DNA of 64,000 nt from Trichoplax adhaerens (lineage: Eukaryota > Animalia > Placozoa): positions 3,572,152-3,636,151 of the forward strand of contig NW_002060944.1 in assembly GCF_000150275.1 (NCBI RefSeq). Reading direction: 5' to 3'. Shown in pieces: positions 41,231-54,724 of the stretch (within the stretch, counting starts at the first letter, position 1; each line of letters begins with the position of its first letter). The position numbers and the translations under genes were made by a program. The notes under the pieces were generated by a model that saw only the letters and a list, made by a program, of their open reading frames with translations, did not search any database and had not been told where the DNA came from.

Positions 41231-44200
41231 ATGCTTTATTAAGCTTCTTAAATTAAGGCCATAATGTTTCGTCTGGAGTTGAAGTATTGTCTCGTTGCTA
41301 TTAAATATTTAACCTACTCACAAGCTACGTTGATATTTTATTCTAATTGATTATTTCAACTATTTCCTGTTGTGTCTACGGGTGTATTTTTTAATTGAGC
41401 TTAAATTTTACTTGATTTTAAAAATTGATTACAGTTAGTTATGATAAGTACAGGATAATATCGATTTTTTCAGGTGTATTGGCTTTACGTATTTAACTGT
41501 CATATAGTAAAAGTAATGGGATATTTGGATGTTATTATCGAAAGAATAGGGCCAGGCCATAAAGCTTTAAGCATGATCCTGTCGTAAATAAGAAAGCATG
41601 CTAGTTTAATAATAGATGGGGAAGTACTAATTTCCCGTTAATACCAATCTGTTATTGTGGTATTATTATTCTTAAAGCTATGTTCGACATCACTTATACA
41701 TAATTCCTTCTTCTCTATTCTGCTTACATTTTGACCATCCAAGTTATTCGTAACTAAATTTGTCGCAGCATTGATAAATCTCTTTACAATATTCTGTCTT
41801 AATTTCTTAATTTAAATACGATACAATTATGAATACTAGTTTCCATAATGATACTGCATTCAACGCAAAAATAAATTTAACTTTATTTTATACTGGGAAT
41901 TGATTCAATGAAATACTGTAGTATAAGCTAATTTATCAATACATGGTTGCTATGGGAATTAGCATCTTTATCTAGTAAATGAATAGAAGAAGAAATCATC
42001 GATGGTGGATATAGAAGGAATTATATTAGTTGCGGTAGTGTCTATGAGTTCTATCCACATTCTTGATAATACAGTATGAACCGAGTAGAATGTCTATTTT
42101 AATATTCATTTCTTACTACTTAGTACTGCCGTTACTTAGCACTTTATTGGACATTAAGAGCGATTATTTAACCGCAAGTCCCCTTTATCCAGTCTAAAAA
42201 GAGCATAATCTTCGAACGTAATATTGAAGATATAAATTGGAGCGTTGAAGAATGTATTCTTTTTGGAGTATAAAATTATATTAAGAGGGAAACGAACTTG
42301 ATAATTGAGTTTTTTAATTGCGGTAATGCTATATGTTGGATACAATTTATTAATTAGATTATATTAGTCAATAGTGGCCTTTAAGCAACAATCACTATCT
42401 TGAACTATATCTTTCTCTACCCTAAGCCGTAGATTTATGATAAAGATTTATATCAGCAAAATATTTATGTAAATTTGCTTGTGTTAGTATTTCATAATAA
42501 GAAACGTAAGATTAATCATTCACTTAGCATGCTATTGCTATCATATCTAAGATTTAGATCGCTATAGTTTGGATGAATTATACTTATTTGAATGGGTAAA
42601 CTATCTTTAAAATATTGTGTATTAACTCAACTACTAGATGAAAATCTTTATGTAATACATCATCGTATCGGTTACTGATCGTTATGATAGGAGTACATGG
42701 TCTTAGTGGATAAGAATGTATAAGTAATAATTATATAAATACGATTTCCAATTCTTATTTCTATTACGTTATCACTGTATAAAACTTAGTCATGGCATGA
42801 TCACGTAATCTTATTAAAATCATACAGTAACTGGTATAGAGTCTCGTCATGGCTATGACAAACACCTTGTGCATATTTAATAAGTCGTTGTTTACGGCGG
42901 TGAATTCAGCTACTGTTGAAACTTTAACTAGTCTGTATTGCGTCATAATAAGATACATACAAAAATTATTAAATTGAAGATTTCTTATTTTGTTTACCTT
43001 ATCCAATTTACAATACCTCCATCGTCGTTATTACTGACAATAATGGCGGTATTGGATAAAGTAACCAAGTAGAGAAATATCTTATTAATATTTGGTTAAT
43101 AATGTATTAGATCAACTTGTTTTTGTTATTGATATTTCTTCGTTCTATAATTATTTTCATGATGATGACGATAGTAACTCCAGTCGATATTCAAAGTCAG
43201 TCTGTACCAAGCCCAAAATCATAAATAATCATTACTTATTGAATATTCTGTCTATTGCGTATTGGATGTCTATGTCGGATGTTGCTGACAATCAATTTGA
43301 CCCTGTCTTCTATTACGATCACGTTTTATCATAATATTGTGCTGTTATTGCCTATATTATTATTTATTATTGCAGAAAATAGTTCAGTTGATTACTAATT
43401 ACTTTATGATCTTTACGGATTAAGGTTAATTTTATAATGACATTGTATTGCCAAGGCATTGCGTTCCTCAAATTATTATTTTATCTCTTTAATCATACTG
43501 TTTTCTCATTATGGTACTATCAACACTTGATCAATAACCATAGATATTCTTCGAATGACATCATAGTAGTCAATTTTTTAAATTGTTGATGTTTGTTGTT
43601 GTTGTCATTATTACTATGATGATTACGTATCTGCTATTACTATTCATGCTAAAAGTAGAAAGAACTGTATGATAATTTATCCACAGCCAATTGATTGGAT
43701 AGAAAAAATAGAGAGACAACAACTTTCTCCTTATCATATTATTAGCAATCTAATGTTAATTTTTATGCTCACTGCAACTGTATTAGCAACAATCTGCATT
43801 GTCGTGGTGCCTCAATTCTAACTATTTATCTGATATTCTACTATCAACAAAAAACAACTTACATCTAAGGCAAGAGTAAATCATGAAAGTTGTTTTCGTT
43901 GAGTTAGATTACTTTTATTTTTTGAACTGAACAATTAAACCACTTTTTTATCCTTTGCGTCATTCGCTTTTATGCCTTAACCTATTTTATTTTTTTCACC
44001 CCAGTGATAATAAAGTATATGACGTAAATTACCACTTCAGAACAACGATCCAACGTCTACTTGCGTATTAAAATCAATCAACTAATATAGATGATTTTGC
44101 TATTGATGCAATAGCGATATAGTTTATCAATATCAACCCTAGAGCTTACTTTATCAATACGATATTATGTTTCCAATTATATTCGAAAGCTAAACAATCT

Positions 44201-46754
44201 ATTTACGCTACACTCTTGACCGGTAGAATAACATACAGAATAACCTCTGTCGAAAAACAACAAGCAGTTTACGACCTAACGCCATTCATTTAATCGATAA
44301 TGATAAATTAGTTAGCTGATGGGTTAGGGAAAGAGGTTATACCTAATAACACTTTTTTGACCTAATCTATAAGCAACCTGCTATCTCGTGATTACATGTA
44401 TGTTTATATTTTATTCCACATACTTATAATCTGTTGTTGTTCGAACGCAATATAAAGCTTTGTTATGTTTATAAATTTTATAGCAGAAGCATTTGTAATA
44501 CCAGAGACATTTAATTCTCCTTGTCATAAATATTATTGTTGACCATAAAATACTCTGTTGTGAGCTTTCAATATTAATTTGACGTAATATACTGCAATTT
44601 CTTCCTCATAGACGCATTCCATACGCTTACACGATAGAATGAACTTATAAGTTTTTAACTTAAGTTTGTTTGGACTTTCATCTATCATCTTTAATTTTTA
44701 TAAGAATTCTGTACTTCAACAAATGCCAATTACCAATCGATACTGTACTAGTAAAATGTGGTATAAAAATCAATATTTAAAAACATTTGTAATTTTATTT
44801 TGGATTTTTGAGCATCTCAGTTTAAACTATTGCCAATGACAATTTGATGTAAGTGCCCAGCATAGATGGTGAAATAAATCGGTCAATAGGTTGCAAGTAT
44901 AAATTTAGGATTAATTTCTTACATACGTAGCATCTCAACATTTTTATTCTTATAAAGGTTTAAGGTATTATCCTTTAGAGTGTAAGTGTTCTATGCTACA
45001 TCTACAGATGAAGTATTGGATTAAGATTCGATTCTAATCTATACCATCTAGCTTTTATCTGTTTATTAAAGTATAACAGTAAAATATCTTCACTGTGCCC
45101 ACTACTTTAATCTTAGATTATATATAAATTGTTAAGTTGATTAGAAATAAATTGGAAGCCTTCTAGATCTGCTAATTTAATCAACTTATTTACTTAGAAA
45201 AACCAGATATTATCAAACCAGTAATAAAATACAAAGCTAACCCAAAGCCAATATATCACGAACGAATAATGACAGCAAAATTAGCCAAAATTCTCTAATC
45301 ATTCCGAATATTTATATAGCCTACACAAGCTATATATATTGCTCTGTCTATTCATGAAGAATGAGTACACTAGTACAAATGTCTAAATTTAAGTAAATTA
45401 TTCTATATAATAAATTTTGCGTAAATCTTGTTTATTAATAAGAGCGTAATTTATCTCGTCAGTAATATACTGTATATTATAACACGAATACAATATAAAC
45501 AACACCGTATAGCTTATATATTATCACGACATTTTTTCAAATACCATATATTATCGTAAAATCGTTAGTCTATATGTTAGGTACCAGTGCCAATTTTTAT
45601 TTTTAGTTCCCGCAGTTGTTATTGTTAAGCTATCACTAGATCTAACAGGACAAATCTAAATTAATAATCAATCAAGACTTTGATGTATATTGTACTATAA
45701 AATCGGTAATGGTAGTTCTATTTAATACTTTTGGTTATTTCACCACCATGCGAGTATAACTAATAATTAATAAAGTAACAACCTTAGTATAATTAAGCTA
45801 TCCATAATATGAAAGTAAAGGAAATCTCTGTTAACAAACAGGATTGAATACCAATCCTGTACTGTTTGATGGTCGGCATTCACCTAGTTTTATTATACCA
45901 TAGATAGCTTTGTAACCGAGTTTAAAGGAATTTGAATCGATTAACTCGTCTAGCTGCAGATTACAAACGTGAACAAAACTTCATTTATTCAAAAAGATAT
46001 TGAATACAGACTTGATTTGAAAGGGCTTTGTAAAAAATTCTGACGATATGTTGTTGATCACTAATAGATCAGATGGACCGGACGTAAGAATATTGAAATT
46101 GCAATCCTTAAATTTTCTTTTTCGACAAGCATGCTTAATATAAGAACACATCGTTTTGTGATGAAGGGAACAAAACTAGAACTTTATTTTATTTTTATGA
46201 TTAGATCATTTTGACATATCGAAATACTTAGCTTTTAGTAAACCTGTAAGCTCTATGATAATTCTACATGACAGCTATCTAATTCAAATGCATGCTATAG
46301 TTTTTAATTTACCGCATATCATAAAAATCAAAAGACATAGACTAGGGAAACTTATTTTCAATTACCTACCACTACACGCGTGGTACAAATATCTGATTAA
46401 ATAAACAATCTTGGTGTTTATCAATAAATACGACGACTACAAATGCTGGATAAAATGATAGCACATTAGTCTAATGTTCTCGCTTTTAACGCTTTTTCAA
46501 TATCATAGTTAATATTTTACTTTAGAAATATTCACTATGATGTAAAGTAGGATACAAATGGCTAGATATTTGAACCGGCGATGATTAATTTATGATAGAG
46601 CGCACGCTTATTCTTATAAAATTGATTACTGCTTAATATTGATCCGAAAGAATGATCAAGTAGCCGAAAAGTTATAGTTAGATTACTTGATCCTTCATTG
46701 ATTTTGACTGTCATAATAGCTAACACAAGGCGTCCTTTTTGGTCAGTTTTTCTC

Positions 46755-47051
46755 ATAAAGCATTTTTACGATATACATTTAGTAAAGCAAAATCAATCTA
46801 TAGGATGAATCAAGTTTATACGTTCATTTACACTGCTGGCTTGATTCTCAAAAGTATTTTAAGGCTATACTTTTAGCAGAGTAAAAACAATCTATAGGTT
46901 TAATTGAGGTTGGGTCCATTTACATTGTTGACTTGATCCTCATTAAGTTTTTCATGTTATATCTTCAGTAAAGTAAAATCAACCTTAAAATTAATTATGG
47001 TTATACATCCACTTGCATTGCCGGCTTGATTCTCACAAAGTATTTCATGTA
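46755..47051. repeat. ~93-bp tandem repeat running into the assembly gap
   Basis: CATTTACA.TG.TG.CTTGAT.CTCA..AAGT.TTT recurs at ~46825, ~46917 and ~47010. Confidence 0.75.
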
Positions 47052-47352
47052 NNNNNNNNNNNNNNNNNNNNNNNNNNNNNNNNNNNNNNNNNNNNNNNNN
47101 NNNNNNNNNNNNNNNNNNNNNNNNNNNNNNNNNNNNNNNNNNNNNNNNNNNNNNNNNNNNNNNNNNNNNNNNNNNNNNNNNNNNNNNNNNNNNNNNNNNN
47201 NNNNNNNNNNNNNNNNNNNNNNNNNNNNNNNNNNNNNNNNNNNNNNNNNNNNNNNNNNNNNNNNNNNNNNNNNNNNNNNNNNNNNNNNNNNNNNNNNNNN
47301 NNNNNNNNNNNNNNNNNNNNNNNNNNNNNNNNNNNNNNNNNNNNNNNNNNNN
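47052..47352. other. Assembly gap (301 N)
   Basis: Run of N. Confidence 1.
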
Positions 47353-48362
47353 TCATGAACCGCTTTGTACTTACAATAGCTATAAAAAGCTATTAATTAT
47401 TGATTACTACTTGGGTATTGATATCTCTTACAATACACACAGTTGAAATGGACTACTTTATTCTTTATTAATGCTGATTTTATACTGAAAAGATTTATTT
47501 TCTATATTCTATATCAATTATGATCGATATTCAATTTGCCACTGAAAGTATTATCAATTTTAGAGGCAAAGTAAGGTATTTTACATATCTAAATATCATC
47601 GAAATACATCAAGGTGTGCATAATTACTTAGTTTTATCTATAAAAATAATTTTAGTGATTTAAAGATCTACTTGATCGGTACTAGTTTTTGACCCTAGGC
47701 AGTAGCTTTGTTTAGCAACGATACAATATTATATAATGAATTAATGTGTAGTTTAATTACGTACTTTGTTCATTCTTTTACTACCCTGCTCCCTATGATA
47801 CGACTATTACAGTTACTACAAGAAAAAAAAGGTATTTACTTGTATTGATTTATTAACTGATACATTTAGTAATTATCATCGTCAAAACTATTCGTGTCAT
47901 TAGTGGGTTTAAATAATATCTTACGGGATATGAAAATAGTTTGAGCAAGACTTACTCTCTCTCAAATTATCAGTATCAGTATGAATTAAGCATCCAGTTT
48001 ATTGTTTTAACATGGATATCGAAAATGTGACTTGTAAATAGTGGAGAGTGGCTGTTAGCCACAATTATTGCGTAAGTGAAAAGTCTATTATTAATATTGT
48101 TATAAGTTTTGTCGTAATTTGTTGACTTTACTATTACGGCCATGTAAAATGCTTTTCAGCATGCAATGTAGATGAACCTAACTTAAATATTACAACACAT
48201 CTGTCATATCATTTATAATTTGTATTAAAAAATGGTTGACAAGGAAAAATTTATTTGTTGATGACAACATTAATGATAGTGTGTCATGGTGAATAACGAG
48301 AGGATATTCTGACAGTAAGGTTACTATTTAAGTGAGTTTCTTTCTGCCCAGGACTGTTATGT

Positions 48363-48960
48363 GAATTAAGATCAACAATTTCCAAAGTATTGCAACTATC
48401 ACCGCTCTTAACGTTCAAATATCTATTCTAAGATTTCAAATTTCGACCCTATCGATTTTCTTGTGTAAGTAAATATCGTCATTAGTTCTCATATTTATTT
48501 GCCAATTTAGGTATCACCGATAAAAAGTTATCATTAGAGCGATGTTTTACTTTTACGTTGATCACTATTATACGAGTTTTATAATAATTAAGATCAGGAA
48601 TTTCCAAAATATCTATCACACACGAGCCACTCTAAGACCCTAAATTTCGATCCTATTGATTTTTTTAGGTAAATATCGTCATTTGTTCTCACATTTATTT
48701 GCCTATTTGGATATCGCCTACAATAAGATACCATTAGAGTGATGTTCTATTGTTACGTTGATCACTACTTTATGGGTTTTATACGAATTAAGATCAACAA
48801 TTGCCAAAGTATTACAGTTATCGGTGATCTTAGTGCCCAAACGCCTATTCTAAGAATCCATATTTCGATCCTATTGATTTTTCTTTGTAAGAAAATATCG
48901 TCATTCGTTCTCACATTTGTTTGCCCATTAAGATACCGTCGATAATAAGACATCCTTAGA
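48363..48960. repeat. ~200-220-bp diverged tandem repeat, 3 copies
   Basis: AATTAAGATCA...CTAAGA...TTTCGA.CCTAT.GATTTT...AAATATCGTCATT.GTTCTCA recurs at ~48364, ~48586 and ~48786. Confidence 0.85.
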
Positions 48961-49133
48961 ATTATCTTCAACTTCTGCATGATTTTATGTAGTACTGTTT
49001 CATTTTTTTGACGAAATGTTTAGGAACCGATCGTACAGAGACATAAGTTTGCAGTCATACCATTACTGGCAATACAGTAAACGAATCCAGCTTTTCTAAG
49101 GTTTATTACTCGTTCTTATAGCACAGACGAATA

Positions 49134-49333
49134 AGATAGAGAAGACCTGGACCCCCGCGAAAAATAATAACAAAAAGATAATAAAAGGAAATAAAAAATG
49201 AAACACTAAAAATCGGATATATACGCCGCGCGAGCGCAAAGAAATATATATATCGTTTCGACTCTGAAATTTTCTATATATATTTATGCAATAATGTATC
49301 GCGATTCGCGATTGGTCCAGGTCTTCTCTATCT
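49134..49333. mobile_element. 200-bp non-autonomous TIR element with 6-bp target-site duplication
   Basis: Perfect 20-bp TIRs AGATAGAGAAGACCTGGACC (49134-49153) and GGTCCAGGTCTTCTCTATCT (49314-49333). CGAATA abuts both ends (49128-49133, 49334-49339). The interior is CpG-richer than the surroundings. Confidence 0.85.
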
Positions 49334-50669
49334 CGAATATAAATAGAAGAGTAATATAGATGGATTCTATTAGACATGACTGTCTTGATGAATTACGATT
49401 GGTCTTTATTATACATATTAATACTGTATAGAGGTACAGAAAAATACTGCTGATTTGTAATGACTGCATCAGCTGTGTTTGAATTGGCAATATTTTCATT
49501 TTCACTTCTTCAATGAAATTTAATATGGTAAATATCTATGGAAGTTGATCAGTCATAATATAATTGATGTATCTATGTGAAGATGGGCATATTCTAGAAT
49601 ACAAATATGCTAGTAATACACATACTTTCGTTTGTTAAGCTGAGCTGATGGTTATTCTTTCTAAGTTGTTTACCTAAATGATGACAGAGATGATATATAT
49701 TTGATTATTATATTCTATCTACGCTAATGCTAATGATAACTCTTTATCACTTTGCTAAGAAGCTTTAGGTCTAGTTTTAATGACGTCAATTACTACCATT
49801 TTTTTGTCTTTATATAATAACAACGGTTTTATTTAATTATTTCAATTTTGTAGTATTTTAATTTAAGGAATAATTGTACAATTCCTAAAAAATAATACTC
49901 ATACCTTATCGAATCGAGTAGTAATTGCTAACACAAGTTAGTTATGATCTTATTAGCAAAGTAATAAAATAAATAGGTAATAGTTTGGTGCTATTCTAAT
50001 AGGAAAAAATTCAACACGATAGCGTAAGATTTGATTTCAAGTTATGCCTTCATAAATTGTTTTCAATTCAGAGTCGTGTACATTACGGTATAGTTCTAGT
50101 TATAATTTACAGTTGTCAGAATAGGATAATTATTATATAGAATTGGAAAGAAGTTAAATAGTAAAATGCTTATACAATAATACATTAATATTTATTGAAA
50201 TCTTTCAGTATAATTGGTAGTTGTAAAATGTTAGCGACAGAAAGTAGGTATCACTTAGAATGGTATTATTTAATTTCTTTCTTTATATGGGGAGGTCTCA
50301 AGTACATAATTTTATTTTATAGTTACGTTAATACAACATTGTCATACATATCACGATCCTAATGAGACTAAGGCCGAGTAAAGTTGGATATCAATTTCTT
50401 AGAATAAAAAATTATTTGTTAAACTGTAACTGTATATCCAAAGTCATCGTTGCGCTCTCTATCCCATTACTAGTATATTTGACTATGAAGGATTATTTTT
50501 TCAAAGCACCCCTTTCTTCTGTCATTTAGTCTTCAAATTTGATATCGTAACTAACAATAGTAGGAAGGTTGTCTTCTTAAAATAGGAATGTAGTAGTTTA
50601 TAACAATTTTGAAGGGTTAAAATTACGCTATAAAAAGCTCATAATGATCGAGGCTGAAACTTCGAATCA

Positions 50670-51265
50670 TTAACGTTTTAGTTCAACATTCATCGTATAC
50701 TTTTGCAAACAATGTTATATTACTAGTTTTTAGAACGTGATTTCATTAATCTCTTTAGGTATACTTTCATATACGATATTAAATTGCTAGTATATAGAAT
50801 GAAATTTTATTTATATCGTTATATACGCGTTCTTATACGATATTACGTTACTAGTTTATAGAATAGAATTTCATTTATTTCTATGCATGCTTTTACACAT
50901 GATGTTATATTACTAGTTTATAGATTATAATTTCATTTTGTGTCTTTATTTTGTTAATATCATTTTATTCATTTCTTAACAATCTAAAGATTGATAATTT
51001 TTAGCAACATCTACCAATGTCCCTCTTTGATCTGCACTATTTAAAGCTAGATTGATTTAATTCACCAAAGCACTAACGTTTTAGTTCTACATTTATCATA
51101 TACTTTCACATATCATATTACATAGCTATTGTATAAAATGTAATTTCATTTATCCCTTTATTTTGTTAATTTCACTTTATTTATTTCTTAATAATCTAAA
51201 GATTGACAATTTATAGCAACATCTACAAACGTTTCTCTTTGATCGGTACTATTTGAAGCCAAATT
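50670..51265. repeat. Compound repeat: ~70-bp units plus a larger duplication
   Basis: TACTAGT.T.TAGAA...ATTTCATT recurs about 5 times; TTTATTTTGTTAAT..CA.TTTATT.ATTTCTTAA.AATCTAAAGATTGA.AATTT.TAGCAACATCTAC occurs twice. Confidence 0.75.
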
Positions 51266-52389
51266 AATTTTGCTTAGGTTTACGGGTACACGATTAAATA
51301 CTTGATGATAGTAATTGCAAATAGAACTATTATTCATTCATTTATAAATTTTCTTTTTATTGACTGCTTCCTTTGAATAATACATTTGTACAACTATACT
51401 ACCGATTAGCCGTTAATAGCTATACTGAAATAACTAAAAAGACTTATTTATTGAATTCATTCATTTAATTTTCACTTGCTGGCTTAAAATAACAATGCAA
51501 TTTCAACTAGACTGTTAGTTCTATTTTGTCATTAATAATACTGTTCCCTGTGCACCTTGATTGTTTCCACATCATGATCACCTTCTTATTAATCTACTTG
51601 ATATAAGTTGAAGTATTACATCTTCATTTTCTTTGATTCCAATATACAGCAATACAAGGTAACAGCTAGATCATTAAGCCCATTTTTTTCATAATTACGA
51701 TATTAAATAATACTTGTTTATTATTCCCTTTTTTTGCTGTCGATAATGACTAAGTTTCATCATAAACAAGCTTTTAGTGAAATTTAATTCAAACTTATAT
51801 CCTATCTGCATGATATAATTTTGAACTCTGATCTACACTTACTTTTTCTAATTTCCTGGTTGATGTCTTGGATGAATGTTAGAAGAAAATCTAATTTAAA
51901 ATATGATTTCTTTCTCTACTACCATATAAAGATGATCGTTTCTATTTCTTCTACAGATACGTGAAATAAATATCATTGCTTTAACGGTTACGCAGTACTA
52001 TATAATTGCTTTTATTTCGACATTCGTCACTTTCTTATTCTTCACCAAGATGGAATATGCTTCCTTATCCATTCTTTATCATTACTTGTAAAAAGGAATA
52101 TGAAGCACATTCCATCTTATTCAACATAGCTAGACGATAAACTATTATTTTTTTGACATTGTTGACGTTTAATTATTTCGGGAAGGAAAATGAAGTAATA
52201 TTATCTATTCCTTCACGCAAATCTGTAATACAATTTCAGGTATTTTATTTATATCTATCATCAAATGACATAATTAAAGTATTGTATAAAAATTGGCCGT
52301 AATTGAAAAATGACAATGAGTCAATTCTTTTAATTACTAATTTATACTAACCATTTAAAGGGATTTCGTAGAGAGTCTTAGCATCCAAC

Positions 52390-52770
52390 ATCTGGGTATA
52401 TCGTTATTTTGACCGTGTCTTACTTTTATTTTTTACTTTTATTGTGATCTGTAGATGTGTATTTACATTTTCTCGCTATACTTGATACTATCTAATTACC
52501 TCTGTACTCATCTATTTTATAAGGTATAGATAAGTCGTTTTATTTTGACGGGTCTTCTATTTTTTTGCTTTATTGTAGTATTTTAACATGTAGTTACATT
52601 TCATTACTGTATTTGATACTATTCAATTACTTGTATATCTTGTAAGGTATAGATATTTCGCTTTATTTTGATGATGTTTTCCATTTTCCATTTTTATATT
52701 ACAGTAATATATATTATTTTCTATCGCTGTGTTTGATACTTTTCAATACTCATGTACTCGCATATCTTGT
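52390..52770. repeat. ~130-bp diverged tandem repeat, 3 copies
   Basis: GTATAG/T..CG.TTTATTTTGA...TTGATACT.T..AAT.AC recurs three times. Confidence 0.7.
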
Positions 52771-54724
52771 TCGTATTGACATCATCATCCTATCGATGGC
52801 TTGCTTATACGCAGAAGTAACAGATAAAATATCCTGTATGAAGTATTATTGCAGTCTTTTCAGTTTGTTCTTTTACTATCATTCCGACAATAACTACTAG
52901 ACGTTGGCTCAATTATTGTTTTTTAATGGAGATTTACATTTTATAGTTACCCTTACTAGATATTATCTTATTACTAGGGTATAACGACCTTTAGAATCTA
53001 TTGCCTTATCAATGATTTTACTATGCTTAATACAAGGGACAGTCAAAAGAAAATCTTGTGCTAGTATTGTTTCAGTTTCATTTCCGAAAACTATTACTCT
53101 AACTATATCAATTTAGCTCGTGGATATACATTATTGTAACAATTGTTAAAGATGTCTCTATCGAACGGTACATTGCTTTTTTTAATGCGACTTAACGATA
53201 TAGTATACTATCCCACCACCTTCAGATTTATTCGTAGTGGCGGTTGCTATATCATTTTACTTCCAAGGCTAGTTATGATAAGCATAGGCATAGTTTTGCC
53301 GTTATAGAAGAAGACGCTATTGTTAATTCGTAATGAATATTTTCTAAACTCATCTTGAATTTACAACTGTAGTCATCGTTCTTTTATACTAGTATTTGCT
53401 AGATAGTCTGCCCTTACCTAGAGTTTAAATATGAAAATGGATGTAGCCTTTAAATTATTGCTTAATATAAGCAAATTTTATATTCTTTTGTATGGCTCAT
53501 ATTGTATGTAGACGATTAATTGATTTAAAACTGTTATATAGTACGTTTATGATTGGTTTCCTTCAAAGTTATTTTCTATTAATGACGGGAAGAGTCCATT
53601 TTTCTACTTGGATAGTAATTACTTGTAATTGAATTCGGTCTGATTGCTTCGTGGCTGCAGTTCTAAGCAGCCTACAATGTATATGTACGCGTATATATAT
53701 ATTTAAATGGATATATAGTTCTTGACCTTTAATATTTATCATCTGGTAACTTTATACAAATTAAAAAGGTTATGTTTTCGCCTAATAACCTCTAAGCATC
53801 ATCTTATTCGTCTACTCAAATGAAGATAGTGTTGTACAATGCCAAGCACTGATTTATTTTATAATTACCCATCTAGGAATCTTTTCTATGTTTTGTCTAA
53901 ATATTAACAGCCTCACCTGTTTATTAAAGATATTTCTTATAAAATGTTTACTATTTTCTCTACATATTAGTTGTTTCTGAATCAAGCTATTTAAATACCA
54001 CAATATTTTGTACTGTAACTAACGGTGCTATCATGATTATGATTAGCATTGGTCTAAAATTAATAACATTAATGAGACAGTATCGACAGAATTGATACAA
54101 TCCATCCTGTCAATTAATCAATTTCTTTGAAAGATTTGTCGTAACAGGGTTTGAATATCAATTCTAACCATATTCAACTTTGTTAATCGTGATTCTGTTA
54201 AAATAGACGCTTAGCTAGAAACGATGAAAAAATATTCGGCTATCGTTTTTAATTGACCAAACTTACTATCCCGATGATTATTTACGTATTGTGTGAAGGA
54301 CTGGACGATCTACGTCGACAAGAATTGTATTTTGAAATTGTAATATCCGTTTTGATTATTTGGTATCCTAGTATATAGCTCAATATTGTATTATGAGTGG
54401 CCCTGTTTGTCAAAATAATTATTTATACAAAGTGATCAATGCATCAGAGCTTTAACTCAAATTTACGATATCCTTGACAAATTGCATGTAACATAGTAAG
54501 AGATATCTTCTTATTTACCGGAAAAGTTCAAGCTAATTTGAAAACAACGACTTTCGACAATTTCATTGCATAAATAAATAACTCTCTAGCTATTATCTTA
54601 AATGTGTCTATTTACAACAAATACCTGCAATAGATTAGAAATAGACACAAAGCTATCATGAATAAACTTTTCAAGCGAATTTATTTAATTAGCAATCTCT
54701 ATTTTAAATACCAAAAACTTTTAG

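Noticed and set aside
47013-47396. ORFs containing X runs
   Set aside because: Assembly-gap artefacts.
49096-49377. Minus ORF with RFLVFHFLFPFII, resembling cytochrome b helix D (NUMT?)
   Set aside because: The second heme His and flanking cytb motifs are absent; the T-rich interior of the TIR element explains the F/L/I run.
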